From an uncultured Candidatus Saccharibacteria bacterium (GTDB lineage Bacteria > Patescibacteriota > Saccharimonadia > Saccharimonadales > Saccharimonadaceae): a DNA stretch of 64,000 bases. Below are positions 38,192 to 48,473 of this stretch, piece after piece. Under the pieces are notes generated by a model, which had not been told where the DNA came from, did no database searches, and worked only from the letters and a program-made list of their open reading frames with translations. Made by a program: the position numbers and the translations under genes. The number at the start of each line of letters is the position of its first letter. Within the stretch, counting starts at the first letter, position 1. The stretch is taken from contig CAUQSI010000001.1 in assembly GCA_963520855.1 (NCBI GenBank), positions 184,905 through 248,904 of the forward strand, in the 5' to 3' direction.

Positions 38192-40438
38192 CTATTTAAC
38201 TTTAAAAAATTTCAATCTTAAAGCATTACCCAAAACAGATACTGAACTAAATGACATTGCAAAAGCCGCTATCATCGGATCCAATTTTGGTCCATTGAAA
38301 AATGCATAAAATATTCCAGCGGCAAATGGTATTCCAAGTACGTTATAAAAGAATGCCCAAAATAGATTTTCCTTTATATTTGTGATTGTTGCTTTACTTA
38401 ATGCTATTGCACCCGCAACATCTCTCAAATCGTTTCTAATTAAGACGATATCAGCGGATTCTATAGAAACATCCGTTCCATTTCCTATCGCAATTCCAAC
38501 GTTTGCTTGAGCAAGTGCTGGTGAATCGTTAATTCCGTCTCCAACCATTGCAACAAATTCATCTTTTTCCTGAAGTTCCTTTACTTTTTGAGATTTCTGA
38601 TAAGGCAGCACTTCTGAAATTACATCATCTATTCCCACTTGTTTTGCGATAAATTTCGCAGTTTTTTCATTATCTCCAGTTAGCATTATTGTCTTGATTC
38701 CCATTTTTTTCAGTTTTTCTATAGCTTCCTTGCTTGTTTCCTTGATAACATCTGCAACTGCAACAAGTCCCGCCAATTCGTTATCAATCGAAATGTACAT
38801 TGGCGTTTTTCCTTCATTCGACAAAATATCATAATCTTTTTGAGAAATTTCCACATTGATTTTTCGATTTTCCATCAATTTTCTATTTCCAATTTGAACT
38901 TCCTTGCCTTCAAATGTTGCACGAATACCGTAACCTGGCATTGCCCTAAATTTTTCATACGGCTTAATTTCAATATTTTTCTCTTTTGCTTTGTTTACGA
39001 TTGCTTCTGCCAATGGATGCTCTGAATCATTTTCCACACTTGCAGCAATTTTTAACAATTCATTTTCATTATATTTCCCATAAGCAATCAAATCAGTCAG
39101 TACAGGCTTTCCTTTCGTAATCGTACCAGTCTTGTCAAAGACAACAGTTTTAATTTTATATGCTGTTTCAAGAGCTTCTCCACTTTTGATAAGGATACCG
39201 TTTTCAGCCCCTTTTCCAGTTCCAACCATTATTGATGTAGGTGTTGCAAGTCCCAATGCACACGGACACGCAATTACAAGTACAGCGATGAAAAACGACA
39301 ATGCAGTAACCAATCCACTTCCACTCAGAAACCAAGCAATTCCTGTAATTATCGCAATCCCAATAACAATCGGTACAAAATATGCCGCCACAATGTCTGC
39401 CATTCGAGAAATTGGAGCCTTTGACCCTTGTGCCTCCTCAACCAGTTTTATAATTTGTGACAAAACTGTATTTTTACCAATTTCAGTCGCCTCAAATCTG
39501 ATACTTCCATTTTTATTTATACTTCCTCCAACAACCTTATCCCCAACTTTTTTGCTTACTGGCAAACTTTCTCCTGTCAACATTGACTCATCAACAGAAG
39601 TCGCCCCTTCCACAATTCTTCCATCCACCGCAATTTTTTCTCCCGGCTTCACAATAACAATATCTCCAACTTTCAAGTTTTCAATCAGAACTTCCTTTTC
39701 CGCTCCATTTTCAATAATTTTAGCCTTTTTAGGTTGAAGTCCGATAAGTTTTTTTATTGCCGATGAAGTTTGACCTTTTGTTTTTGCCTCCAGCAGTTTT
39801 CCAAACAAGATCAACGTAATAATTGCACCAGCCGACTCATAATATAAATCCATATGTGCTTCAGGGTCTACAATTACAATTCCAAAAGTTGCGTAAATTC
39901 CATAGAGTACCGCCGCCGTTGACCCAATAGCAATTAATGAATCCATTGTTGGAGATTTTCTTACTAAATTTTTAAATCCATGTGAAAAAAAATCTCTCCC
40001 AGCATAAATAATAGGCAAAGTCAACACAAACTGTGCCAACGCAAAATTAAGCGGATTTACCTTAGGATTCAAAAATTCAGGAAGTACTGCCCCAAGCATA
40101 TGCCCCATCGAAATATACAAAAGTGGAACAACAAAAATAACTGCTAAAATTAATCGATTTTTCAAACTTGTTATTTTTTCTTGATAAAGTTCCACCTTTT
40201 TATCTTCTGTCATATCCTCAGCCAGTCCATACCCAGCCGACTCCACTATTTTCCTAATTTTATCAAAATTGTACTTCTTCTCATCATATTCAATATTCAA
40301 TTTTTCAGTTGCAAAATTAACTGAAGCGTTAATATCATTATTTTTATTAAGTGCCTTTTCCACAGCATTGGCACAAGATGCACAGCTCATTCCAGTTACT
40401 GTATAGTTTTTTTCTGCCATAATCTTTTCTTCCTTCAT
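38192..40438 (-). CDS. copA: Cu(I)-translocating P1B-type ATPase CopA
   Basis: GMSCASC HMA, TGES, CPCALG, DKTGT, SEHP, GDGIND, YN...MAFSS. Confidence 0.96.
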   Translation of the reverse strand: MKEEKIMAEKNYTVTGMSCASCANAVEKALNKNNDINASVNFATEKLNIEYDEKKYNFDKIRKIVESAGYGLAEDMTEDKKVELYQEKITSLKNRLILAVIFVVPLLYISMGHMLGAVLPEFLNPKVNPLNFALAQFVLTLPIIYAGRDFFSHGFKNLVRKSPTMDSLIAIGSTAAVLYGIYATFGIVIVDPEAHMDLYYESAGAIITLILFGKLLEAKTKGQTSSAIKKLIGLQPKKAKIIENGAEKEVLIENLKVGDIVIVKPGEKIAVDGRIVEGATSVDESMLTGESLPVSKKVGDKVVGGSINKNGSIRFEATEIGKNTVLSQIIKLVEEAQGSKAPISRMADIVAAYFVPIVIGIAIITGIAWFLSGSGLVTALSFFIAVLVIACPCALGLATPTSIMVGTGKGAENGILIKSGEALETAYKIKTVVFDKTGTITKGKPVLTDLIAYGKYNENELLKIAASVENDSEHPLAEAIVNKAKEKNIEIKPYEKFRAMPGYGIRATFEGKEVQIGNRKLMENRKINVEISQKDYDILSNEGKTPMYISIDNELAGLVAVADVIKETSKEAIEKLKKMGIKTIMLTGDNEKTAKFIAKQVGIDDVISEVLPYQKSQKVKELQEKDEFVAMVGDGINDSPALAQANVGIAIGNGTDVSIESADIVLIRNDLRDVAGAIALSKATITNIKENLFWAFFYNVLGIPFAAGIFYAFFNGPKLDPMIAAFAMSFSSVSVLGNALRLKFFKVK

Positions 40439-40453
40439 TTAGTACACTATACC

Positions 40454-40921
40454 TTAAATATGCTTATGTCCGCTATGTTCGCAATTACACTGCCCCTCCA
40501 CACAATCACACAAAACTTCTCCCATAGCCGTTTTCCTCTTTTTCTCAACAGCCTTTAAAATCAAATCCAAGTCGTCAAAACTCAGTTCACTGTTCTCAAT
40601 AACTTTCCCTATCATTTCTCCAACTTTCGTTTTACAAATTTTATCAAAAGTTCCTAATATATAACTGTTAGCAACTTCCTTTTCTGTAAAATCTGTCGAA
40701 TAAATATACTTGTTCCCAATTTCCTTCTTTTTCAAAATATTCTTTTTCAGCAGCCGATTCAACAGCGCCTTTATTGTAGCCTGTTTCCAGTTCATTTTCT
40801 CACAAAGCACCTCTGCCACAAACTTGCTCGTAACTTCGCTATTTGCCCACACAACTCGCATTACTTCCCATTCTGCATCGGTTATATGCTGTTTTTTATC
40901 GATTCTGCAATTTTCTTTCAC
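40454..40921 (-). CDS. copY: CopY/TcrY copper-responsive repressor
   Basis: ITDAEWEVMRVVW BlaI-type wHTH; C-terminal CDCVEGQCNC; AAAGGAGG SD, GTG start. Confidence 0.93.
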   Translation of the reverse strand: MKENCRIDKKQHITDAEWEVMRVVWANSEVTSKFVAEVLCEKMNWKQATIKALLNRLLKKNILKKKEIGNKYIYSTDFTEKEVANSYILGTFDKICKTKVGEMIGKVIENSELSFDDLDLILKAVEKKRKTAMGEVLCDCVEGQCNCEHSGHKHI

Positions 40922-40939
40922 ATCCTTACCTCCTTTAAT

Positions 40940-40986
40940 GTTTACGTTTGTAATCTTTTTACATTATATAGTTTACAACAGTAATC
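40940..40986 (-). promoter_or_regulatory. Two cop-box-like operators around the -10
   Basis: GATTACTGTTGTAAAC and GATTACAAACGTAAAC (TACAnnTGTA-like) flank TATAAT upstream of copY. Confidence 0.8.
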
Positions 40987-41085
40987 GTTTTTTGTATATT
41001 CTTGTCACATATGTATTATCTCACAACATATTTCCATAAATTTATGTGCTATACTTGAGCTATCAAATTTAACATAAGGATTTTT

Positions 41086-41667
41086 ATGGCAAGTACGAAG
41101 AATCGAACAAAGTCTCAAACAAAAAAATCACAAGTTGAGCTGCTGCTGCCCGTTTTAATTGGTGTGATAGCAGTGTTGATGCTGATTGTTGGTTGTTTGG
41201 TATGGAAATTGAACTGTCAATCACCACACAAACCATACGCAGCGACGGAAAAGATTGGCAGCGGCTTCGTGAGTTTGGGCTCATTGGGCTTTCGTTTTGA
41301 GGGAAATAAGGCGATCGCTCGGCACGACGCGTCCGTAAAAGAAATTCGTGAGTTTCTGAAAAAAGAAAATGAGCGATCAGGTTGCAAAGATAACAATGGT
41401 GCGGTCAGCGTGATTGCGTATTCTCAAGACGAAAAACAATTACTATTAGGCTCTGGTTGTGGCAATACGCTCGCGCGGATGTTTGCAGTAAAGAAAGACG
41501 ATGGTTGGAAAGCAATTTCACCAACAAATCAGTTCAATTTGTTTGAGGTTCCAAGCTGTAAAATGACTGATGAAAATAATATCAGCAAGGAAATCGCACC
41601 AGTTTGCCAGAATGAAAGTCGCGCTGCAGAGAATGCTCCCCTGACTTATTCTTACAGGGTACGTTAG
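41086..41667 (+). CDS. Membrane-anchored hypothetical protein with extracytoplasmic Cys
   Basis: Basic N-terminus, one TM, five Cys after the TM; its -10 (TGC-TATACT) overlaps repeat A. Confidence 0.75.
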   Translation: MASTKNRTKSQTKKSQVELLLPVLIGVIAVLMLIVGCLVWKLNCQSPHKPYAATEKIGSGFVSLGSLGFRFEGNKAIARHDASVKEIREFLKKENERSGCKDNNGAVSVIAYSQDEKQLLLGSGCGNTLARMFAVKKDDGWKAISPTNQFNLFEVPSCKMTDENNISKEIAPVCQNESRAAENAPLTYSYRVR

Positions 41668-41719
41668 TCTCGGTATTGTACCAAATAAAAATCCCCGTTT
41701 CGTGCGGGGATTTAGTGTA

Positions 41720-43189
41720 TTATTTTTTACGGAGTAATCGCCGTTTTTTTGGTTTATCGCTTCCCAAATCGTCGGCATCAAAGTCATCGTAGGTCACCAT
41801 CAGTGCGCGCGAGCTGATTTGGCGAATGGATTCTAGCGCGACTGACACGATAATCAAGATACCTGTACCACCGATTGACAAGCGAGTGCCGGTCAGTCCC
41901 GTGATGTGATATATCAGATATTCAGCGACGAACGGCAAGATAGCGACCACGCCAAGTGCTAATGAGCCGAACAAGACCAAGCGGTTGACGGTGCGGCGGA
42001 GGTACTCTTCGGTTTGCTTGCCTGGGCGAACGCCTTCGATGAAACCACCTTGCTTTTGCAAGCCTTCGGAGATTTCGGTGGCATCAAAACTAAAGCCCGT
42101 GTAGAAGTACGTGAAGGCAATGACCAGGATGAAATACAATACCGGATAGATGAAGGCTTCAGCGGTGCTGCCGGTAAAGCTGCCTGGGTTTGGCGCCTGG
42201 AACCAAGTGATCAAGGTGTTGGCGAGGGATTGTAGCCCTTCGTTGCCGGATGCTTTCATGATTTGACCGATGAACTGCGGCAAGCTCAGGAAAGCTACGG
42301 CGAAAATGACTGGGATCACACCAGCGGCGATTAGCTTGACTGGCAAGATACTTTTGATGCCGCCATAGTTGCTATTGCCGTGGACGCGCTTGGCGTAGTT
42401 GATGGTGATGACGCGCTGTGCTTCGTTGATTTTCACTAGGAAGTACAGGACAATTAACATCATGAGCAAGAGGAAGAATACCACCCAGAACATGGTCGGG
42501 CTGACCGGCAATTGGAACCAGCCAAATACGCTTAGCGAGCCGTTTGAGGTGTCAAAGAGCGAACGGATGACAGTAGCCAGCATCTGAGGCAATTGGCTGA
42601 CGATTCCTGCGAAAATCAACAGTGAGATACCATTGCCTACTCCCTGCTCGGTGATGAGCTCACCGAGCCACATCAACAAGACTGATCCAGCGGTCATGGC
42701 GACAACTGAAACTGTCCACTCCATGATGGTTGGGTCGCTCAGAACGGTTGATCCGCCAGCCAAGATGGTTTGGCGCAAGATGAAGATGAAAGCAATTGAC
42801 TGAACGATGGCCAGTGGAACGGTGATACGACGCGTCCACTGCTGAATTTTACGGCGTCCAGTTTCGCCATCATCATGTAGTTCCTTTAGTTTTGGAATGG
42901 CTTTCGTTAGCAGCTGGATGATGATGCTGGCGGTAATGAATGGACTCAAACCAACCAATACCAAAGAAAAGCTCGCCAAAGCACCGCCTGACAGAAGGTT
43001 AAGGAACCCTCCCAGATCTGTGCTGCCTAATGCTGAGCTGATAGCTTGGCGCAACTGTGTTGGCTCAGCTAGTGGCACTGGAATGTGCGCGAGTAATCGA
43101 TATACGACAATGATACCTACTACAATTGATAGGCGTTTTTGCATATCTCTATTTTTCAATGACCGCCAAATGGTCTTCCAGCTAATCAT
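41720..43189 (-). CDS. secY: Preprotein translocase SecY
   Basis: PFITASIIIQLL, WLGELITE.G.GNGIS, AGVIPVIFA, GVRPG..T. Confidence 0.98.
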   Translation of the reverse strand: MISWKTIWRSLKNRDMQKRLSIVVGIIVVYRLLAHIPVPLAEPTQLRQAISSALGSTDLGGFLNLLSGGALASFSLVLVGLSPFITASIIIQLLTKAIPKLKELHDDGETGRRKIQQWTRRITVPLAIVQSIAFIFILRQTILAGGSTVLSDPTIMEWTVSVVAMTAGSVLLMWLGELITEQGVGNGISLLIFAGIVSQLPQMLATVIRSLFDTSNGSLSVFGWFQLPVSPTMFWVVFFLLLMMLIVLYFLVKINEAQRVITINYAKRVHGNSNYGGIKSILPVKLIAAGVIPVIFAVAFLSLPQFIGQIMKASGNEGLQSLANTLITWFQAPNPGSFTGSTAEAFIYPVLYFILVIAFTYFYTGFSFDATEISEGLQKQGGFIEGVRPGKQTEEYLRRTVNRLVLFGSLALGVVAILPFVAEYLIYHITGLTGTRLSIGGTGILIIVSVALESIRQISSRALMVTYDDFDADDLGSDKPKKRRLLRKK

Positions 43190-43346
43190 ACGTGTACTTT
43201 CCCCTCTGTCATTTCAATATATAGAATTCTCTAACCAGTATACAGGAGTATTTGGCTAAATACCAGTGTTGAACCTAAAAATACCAGCAAAGCAAAACGC
43301 CCCGGGCTAGCGAGGCGTTTTTGTTGATCACAAGACTAGATAGGTC

Positions 43347-43826
43347 TTATTTTTCGTCAGACTCGATGTCTTTTGCGCTTTTACGCAAAGGTGTCGGAAC
43401 TTTTTCGAACGAGCCGCCAGCTTTTTCAATCGCTTTGACGACTGAAGCGGAAGCAGCTTGCACCTTCAAGTCAACCTTGGCTTTCAATTCACCGCGAGCG
43501 ATCACCTTAACCGTGTGGAACGGTGTGGCGATGTAGCCTTCGGTAAATAGCAATGCGTTGTCGACGGTTTTGCCGTCAAGAGCGTTCAAGTGATCAAGGT
43601 AGACTACCTGAGCTGGCGTGCGCAAGCTCTTGAAGCCGCGAGCTTTTGGTACAGCCTGAGCCAGTGGGCGCTGACCACCCTGGAACATGGCGCGAAGCTT
43701 TTTACCAGTGCGAGCGTTCTGACCCTTGGTACCGCGACCAGCGGTTTTACCCTGACCAGCGGCGATACCGCGACCAACGCGCTTTTTATTTTTGTTTGCT
43801 GAAACTTGGAGATCGTTGTATTTCAT
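43347..43826 (-). CDS. rplO: 50S ribosomal protein uL15
   Basis: RVGRG...G.GKTAGRG.KGQ, FQGGQ, IEKAGG. Confidence 0.97.
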   Translation of the reverse strand: MKYNDLQVSANKNKKRVGRGIAAGQGKTAGRGTKGQNARTGKKLRAMFQGGQRPLAQAVPKARGFKSLRTPAQVVYLDHLNALDGKTVDNALLFTEGYIATPFHTVKVIARGELKAKVDLKVQAASASVVKAIEKAGGSFEKVPTPLRKSAKDIESDEK

Positions 43827-44416
43827 TACTTAGCCTCCTTTTTAGCAGCTTTTTTGACTGGCTGAGCATTGAGCCACTCCTCGCGCGGCACCAGTGATTT
43901 CAATGCTTCAATGGTTGCGTAAGCGATGTTCACCTTGTTGGTTGAACCAAGTGACTTGGTCAATAGGTTGCGAACACCGGTCACGCCGATGATTTGTCGC
44001 ACCACACCACCAGCGATGATACCGGTACCAGGAGCGGCTGGCTTGATCAGCACGCGGGCGCCTGAGAACTTGACTTCGCTGTCGTGTGGGATGGTTTCGC
44101 CGTTTAATGGCAAGGTGATCAAGTGCTTCTTAGCAACTGAGGTTGCCTTAGCGACAGCCGCTTGCACGTCGGCACCTTTGGCTACACCAACACCGACCTT
44201 ATCCTTGCGGTTACCGACAACCACCAACGCCTTAAAGCGGAAGCGGCGGCCACCTTTGACGACGCGGGACACGCGGTCAATGTTGATGACCAATTCTTCA
44301 AACTCTTTTGGTGCGTCATCGCGCACATTTCGCCGGTCATCGCGGCGACCACCACGCGGACTGCGAGGCCGACGGCCTTCTGCGCGTGGGGTAGTATTTG
44401 CAGCTTGTTCTGCCAT
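43826..44416 (-). CDS. rpsE: 30S ribosomal protein uS5
   Basis: RVSRVVKGGRRFRF, PAAPGTGIIAGG. Confidence 0.98.
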   Translation of the reverse strand: MAEQAANTTPRAEGRRPRSPRGGRRDDRRNVRDDAPKEFEELVINIDRVSRVVKGGRRFRFKALVVVGNRKDKVGVGVAKGADVQAAVAKATSVAKKHLITLPLNGETIPHDSEVKFSGARVLIKPAAPGTGIIAGGVVRQIIGVTGVRNLLTKSLGSTNKVNIAYATIEALKSLVPREEWLNAQPVKKAAKKEAK

Positions 44417-44417
44417 A

Positions 44418-44768
44418 CTAGAACTCCAATCCTTCTTGGCGCGCAGCGTCAGCCAAGGCTTTCAGGCGACCAGCGTACTGGCGGCCGTTGCGGTCAAAGA
44501 CCACTGCGCTAATTTTACTTTTCTTTGCTTTCTTAGCGATTTCGGTACCGATGGCAGCACATTTCTCGCTCATCGTACCTTTTGCTTTGGTGCCAACGGT
44601 GGTTGCGGCAGCCAATGTCTTGCCAGCAACGTCGTCGATCAGCTGAGCACTGACGTGCAGGTTACTGATGGTGACTGTCAGGCGTGGGCGCTCTGCAGTG
44701 CCTGAAACTTTCGCGCGAACACGGTTTTTGCGAAGAGCGCGGTTGAGTAATTTCTTATTTTCAGCCAT
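44418..44768 (-). CDS. rplR: 50S ribosomal protein uL18
   Basis: GTAERPRL, QLIDD, VVFDR.G..Y.GR. Confidence 0.97.
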   Translation of the reverse strand: MAENKKLLNRALRKNRVRAKVSGTAERPRLTVTISNLHVSAQLIDDVAGKTLAAATTVGTKAKGTMSEKCAAIGTEIAKKAKKSKISAVVFDRNGRQYAGRLKALADAARQEGLEF

Positions 44769-44770
44769 GA

Positions 44771-45310
44771 TTACTTACCTGTCTTTCCTGCTTTGCGCAA
44801 AATTTGCTCGTCAGCATACTTGATACCCTTGCCCTTGTATGGTTCAGGCTTCTTCAGCGCGCGGATTTCCGCAGCGACTTGGCCGACTTGCTGTTTATTG
44901 ATACCGCTGACGATGATGGTCATCTTTTCATTGGTAACAGTGATGCCCTCTGGGGCTTTGTATTTAACTGGGTGTGAAAACCCTAACGCCATTTCCAGCT
45001 CATTGTTGCTGGAGCTCACACGGAAACCGACACCATTGACTTCGAGACGCTTCTCATAGCCTTTGGTCACGCCGATTACCATGTTGTTGATCAGCGCGCG
45101 CATCAGACCGTGCTGGGCACGAGCAGTTTTGGACTCATCCTTCGGATGAACCGTGACTTGTTCGTCTTCGACTTTCACCTCAACCGCTGGCGTGATGAAT
45201 TGCGTCAATTCACCTTTCGGGCCCTTTACGACCACGTCACCAGAGTCAACCGTGATTGTCACACCGGCCGGAATAACCACCGGCAGTTTTCCGATTCGAC
45301 TCAGACTCAT
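44771..45310 (-). CDS. rplF: 50S ribosomal protein uL6
   Basis: SRIGKLP, LGFSHP, PEPYKGKGI. Confidence 0.98.
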   Translation of the reverse strand: MSLSRIGKLPVVIPAGVTITVDSGDVVVKGPKGELTQFITPAVEVKVEDEQVTVHPKDESKTARAQHGLMRALINNMVIGVTKGYEKRLEVNGVGFRVSSSNNELEMALGFSHPVKYKAPEGITVTNEKMTIIVSGINKQQVGQVAAEIRALKKPEPYKGKGIKYADEQILRKAGKTGK

Positions 45311-45395
45311 TACTCACCTTTCGTGTGATTTGATATTAACCCTGGTATTTTAGCATAGATTAGGGGTGAAATGCAAGGTTTTTTGAGCGCTCTGC

Positions 45396-45926
45396 CTAGC
45401 TACCGTACGGGATGAGTAGAATAATCGCCAAGATGCCGAGAGTAATATATGTTACTAGGGCGGCTTTGGTCAAATACGGCTCTTTCATATCGTAGATTTT
45501 ACGTACTTCGTAATAATCCCATAGCCGCCAGCCAGAGATCATTAAAAGAATGCCAGCGAAGATACTTAAATAGCCACTAACATCAATATGCCAAAGAAAG
45601 TTTGATGCATCAACTAGAGCGATGAATGTAGCTACTCCCATTGTCGACCAGAAGCGTGCCTGTGGCTTTTGTCCAACAGCAATAAAACAGGTGGCGGCGA
45701 CCATGATCAACTCAACGAGAGGATTTTCCGCGAACAGTACCTGAATATAATAACTGGGGACTCCCTGCCTGGGGTCAGCACTGCCAATAAGCCAACCCAC
45801 TCCATACAGTAGGGGCATCATAACGACGATAGACAACAAGAAGGGCAAAAAATCAACAATGAAAACATCTTTAACAGTTATTTCTGCTTGGTCTGATGTT
45901 TTTGTCATATGGAGGAAGCTACGCAT
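45396..45926 (-). CDS. Hypothetical membrane protein (about 5 TM) inserted between rpsH and rplF
   Basis: Hydrophobic ORF with own -10 (TGC-TATACT) after the rpsH terminator. Confidence 0.7.
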   Translation of the reverse strand: MRSFLHMTKTSDQAEITVKDVFIVDFLPFLLSIVVMMPLLYGVGWLIGSADPRQGVPSYYIQVLFAENPLVELIMVAATCFIAVGQKPQARFWSTMGVATFIALVDASNFLWHIDVSGYLSIFAGILLMISGWRLWDYYEVRKIYDMKEPYLTKAALVTYITLGILAIILLIPYGS

Positions 45927-45995
45927 ATGTCTTACAGTATAGCAGATAAAAATAAACGCCCTGCAATGAGGACGTTTATTTGATTCGCGTAAGGC

Positions 45996-46397
45996 TTAAT
46001 ACACCTTCAACAGCAACTCACCACCAAGTTTTGCCTTGGCTGCCTCGGCACCAGTCATGACACCTTTTGAAGTTGAGATGAGTACCAAACCGCGGCCGCT
46101 TTTCACCTTTGGAATTTCGCTAGCGCCGACGTAAACACGACGACCTGGCTTTGACACGCGGGTGATCTCGTTGATGGTGCTGTTAGTACCTTCTTCGTTG
46201 ATGGTCACGACCAGCACGCCGCGAGGCTTGGCGTCCTCTAGTTTAACATCTGCAAGGTAGCCGTTTTTGACTAATTGTTCAGCGATGACTTTCTTCATCT
46301 TGCTGGACGGAACACGAACTTCCGTCTTGCCAACCAGTTTCGCATTGCGAATGCGCGTCAGAAGGTCGGCGATTGGGTCTGTAGTTTGCATAGACAT
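45996..46397 (-). CDS. rpsH: 30S ribosomal protein uS8
   Basis: TDPIADLLTRIRNA, SKPGRRVY, STSKG. Confidence 0.98.
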   Translation of the reverse strand: MSMQTTDPIADLLTRIRNAKLVGKTEVRVPSSKMKKVIAEQLVKNGYLADVKLEDAKPRGVLVVTINEEGTNSTINEITRVSKPGRRVYVGASEIPKVKSGRGLVLISTSKGVMTGAEAAKAKLGGELLLKVY

Positions 46398-46417
46398 TGT
46401 CGAATCTCCTTTCCTTC

Positions 46418-46687
46418 TTACCAACTACTCTTTGTTATGCCTGGGATTTCGCCCTTGGCTGCTTTTTCGCGGAAATTGATGCGGCTCAGGCCGAACTGGC
46501 GCATATAGCCACGTGGACGGCCGGAAATGCTGTCGCGGTTCTTGTGCCGAGTCGGGCTCGAGTTGCGAGGCAATTTCTGCAGTCCGTCGAGGTCGCCAAG
46601 TTCTTTGAGCTCAGCGCGCTTCGCAGCGTATTTTGCGATCATCTTCAGACGCTTTTTGTCGCGAGCGACCATTGATTTCTTAGCCAT
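46418..46687 (-). CDS. rpsN: 30S ribosomal protein uS14 (long Zn-free type)
   Basis: MAKKSM, LPRNSSP.R, GRPRG, FGLSRI, PG..KSSW; no Cys. Confidence 0.97.
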   Translation of the reverse strand: MAKKSMVARDKKRLKMIAKYAAKRAELKELGDLDGLQKLPRNSSPTRHKNRDSISGRPRGYMRQFGLSRINFREKAAKGEIPGITKSSW

Positions 46688-47271
46688 TACCTGACGCCTC
46701 CTTTCTTCTCAAACGGCATGCCAAATTTCTCCAGCAAGGCTTTTGATGCTTCCTTACTGCCGTTCTTGATGACAAATGTTACCTGCAACCCGTGCAAAAT
46801 CTGTGTTTCCTCGAAGGTCAATTCTGGGAAAATTGATTGCTCGATGATGCCTAGGTTGTAGTTACCGCCTTTGTCAAACTTCAGGCCGACGCCGTGGAAG
46901 TCGCGGACGCGTGGCAAGGCTACGTTGATCAAACGATCCATGAACTCGTACATCCGAGCCCCGCGCAGCGTGACGCTCACGCCGATTGGCGCACCCATAC
47001 CTTTACGGATACTAAAGCCAGCGATTGACTTCTTTGCTTGGCGGGCAACTGGTGCCTGACCGGTGATTTTCTCAACGGTGTTTTTAACAATCTCAAAGTG
47101 ACGCTTGTCATCTTTCTTCTTGCCGGTGCCAACGCTCACGATGATCTTTTCCAAAGCTGGCACTTGGTGCACGTTCTTTAGATCTAGTTCGGCTTGCAGT
47201 TCCTTTAGGTATTTCTCCTGATACAAGGCTTTCAAGCGAGGAGCTGGCACGACGGTTTTCTTCTCTGCCAT
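46687..47271 (-). CDS. rplE: 50S ribosomal protein uL5
   Basis: ITGQ.P, VTLRG.RM, LPRVRDF.G. Confidence 0.98.
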   Translation of the reverse strand: MAEKKTVVPAPRLKALYQEKYLKELQAELDLKNVHQVPALEKIIVSVGTGKKKDDKRHFEIVKNTVEKITGQAPVARQAKKSIAGFSIRKGMGAPIGVSVTLRGARMYEFMDRLINVALPRVRDFHGVGLKFDKGGNYNLGIIEQSIFPELTFEETQILHGLQVTFVIKNGSKEASKALLEKFGMPFEKKGGVR

Positions 47272-47591
47272 TATTTAATCTCCTTATTTTTTGCTTGGCG
47301 AGCGACGCGAGTTTTGCCGCCGTCAGCGTTCTTTACTAAACCAACCCGGCTGGTTTTGCCTGACTTTTCGTCGACGACCAGCGCGACTTTGCTGATGTCC
47401 ATCGGTACGTGGATATCTTTCTTGCCGCCTTTTGGATTGTACTGGCTTGGTTTGACGTGGCGGTGTCCGACACCAACACCTTCGACCAAAACGGTTTGAT
47501 CTTTGGTGTTAACTTTCAGGACTTTACCAGTCGTACCCTTGTTCTTACCAGCGATGATTTTTACGGTGTCATCTTTGTGAATACGAGCCAT
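47271..47591 (-). CDS. rplX: 50S ribosomal protein uL24
   Basis: KOW D.V.IIAGK.KG..GKV, VEGV. Confidence 0.96.
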   Translation of the reverse strand: MARIHKDDTVKIIAGKNKGTTGKVLKVNTKDQTVLVEGVGVGHRHVKPSQYNPKGGKKDIHVPMDISKVALVVDEKSGKTSRVGLVKNADGGKTRVARQAKNKEIK

Positions 47592-47959
47592 TAGAGTACC
47601 TCCGGAGCCAGGCTGACGATCTTCATGTAGCCCATGTCGCGAAGTTCGCGTGGTACTGGGCCGAAGACACGGGTAGCCTTTGGCTGCTTGTCATCGTTGA
47701 TAATCACCACGGCATTGTCATCAAAGCAGATGGTTGAGCCGTCTTTGCGGTGGATTTGGTCGCGGGTGCGAACCACCACAGCTTTGACGACAGATTTCTT
47801 TTTGACATTGCCGGTTGGACTGGCGTCCTTGACTGAACAGACGATCACGTCACCGACGCGAGCGTAGCGGCGGCGGGTACCACCGAGAACGCGGATGCAC
47901 AATACTTCTTTGGCACCCGAGTTGTCAGCTACCTTGAGGCGAGATTCTTGTTGGATCAT
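47591..47959 (-). CDS. rplN: 50S ribosomal protein uL14
   Basis: [20 protein letters not shown]. Confidence 0.98.
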   Translation of the reverse strand: MIQQESRLKVADNSGAKEVLCIRVLGGTRRRYARVGDVIVCSVKDASPTGNVKKKSVVKAVVVRTRDQIHRKDGSTICFDDNAVVIINDDKQPKATRVFGPVPRELRDMGYMKIVSLAPEVL

Positions 47960-48267
47960 TTGTCACCCTCCTTGGTCTCTTCCTCAGCTTCGCCAGAAAC
48001 TTCAGCCTTTAGTTTGATAGAACCGCGAGACTTTTCAATCACCTTGACCAGCGTAAAGCTCTTGGTCTTGGAAATTGGGCGAGTCTCTTCGATTTGCACC
48101 TTGTCGCCTTCGCCTGCTTGATTGGTCTCATCATGAGCAGTGTACTTGCGAGTCACGGTGTACTGTTTGCCGTAGAGCGGATGCGTTTCGCGGCTGGTGA
48201 CCATCACCGTGACGGTCTTGTCGCGCTTGGCACTCGTTACGACGCCAATCAGTGTTCGTCGGGCCAT
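47956..48267 (-). CDS. rpsQ: 30S ribosomal protein uS17
   Basis: [19 protein letters not shown]. Confidence 0.97.
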   Translation of the reverse strand: MARRTLIGVVTSAKRDKTVTVMVTSRETHPLYGKQYTVTRKYTAHDETNQAGEGDKVQIEETRPISKTKSFTLVKVIEKSRGSIKLKAEVSGEAEEETKEGDK

Positions 48268-48473
48268 TACTTGCTCTCCTTTTCGTTAATTTGTGTCAGC
48301 AGGCGTGCGATGTCCTTACGGAGTGAACGCAGCGCTTTTGGATTAACTAATTCGCCAGCAGCGTGAGAACGTTTTGCTTGAAGCAGGTCATTTCGCTTTT
48401 CGGCGACTTCCTTCTTCAAATCATCAACGGTCTTTACGACTGCTGCCTTTGCGGTTTTCTTTGTCTCAGCCAT
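48267..48473 (-). CDS. rpmC: 50S ribosomal protein uL29
   Basis: NP..LR..RKDIARLLT; position. Confidence 0.93.
   Translation of the reverse strand: MAETKKTAKAAVVKTVDDLKKEVAEKRNDLLQAKRSHAAGELVNPKALRSLRKDIARLLTQINEKESK

Larger units (their letters stand above)
38045..41053. mobile_element. AT-rich copper-resistance cassette bounded by nested direct repeats; no recombinase gene inside
   Basis: Sharp GC drop; repeat A TATTTCCATAAATTTATGTGCTATA at 38045-38069 and 41029-41053; repeat B ATATGTATTATCTCACAACAT at 38067-38087 and 41009-41029. Confidence 0.85.

Noticed and set aside
38045..41053. CRISPR array or chromosomal dif site from repeats A/B
   Set aside because: Only two copies about 3 kb apart and no cas genes; CATAA/TTATG arms are separated by 2 bp rather than 6, and the B arm matches the XerD consensus poorly
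43826..43826. Missing rpmD (uL30) between rpsE and rplO as a novelty
   Set aside because: Known general CPR trait; used only as taxonomic evidence
43926..44705. 259-aa plus-strand ORF and similar antisense ORFs over r-protein genes
   Set aside because: Antisense shadows of conserved, codon-biased genes
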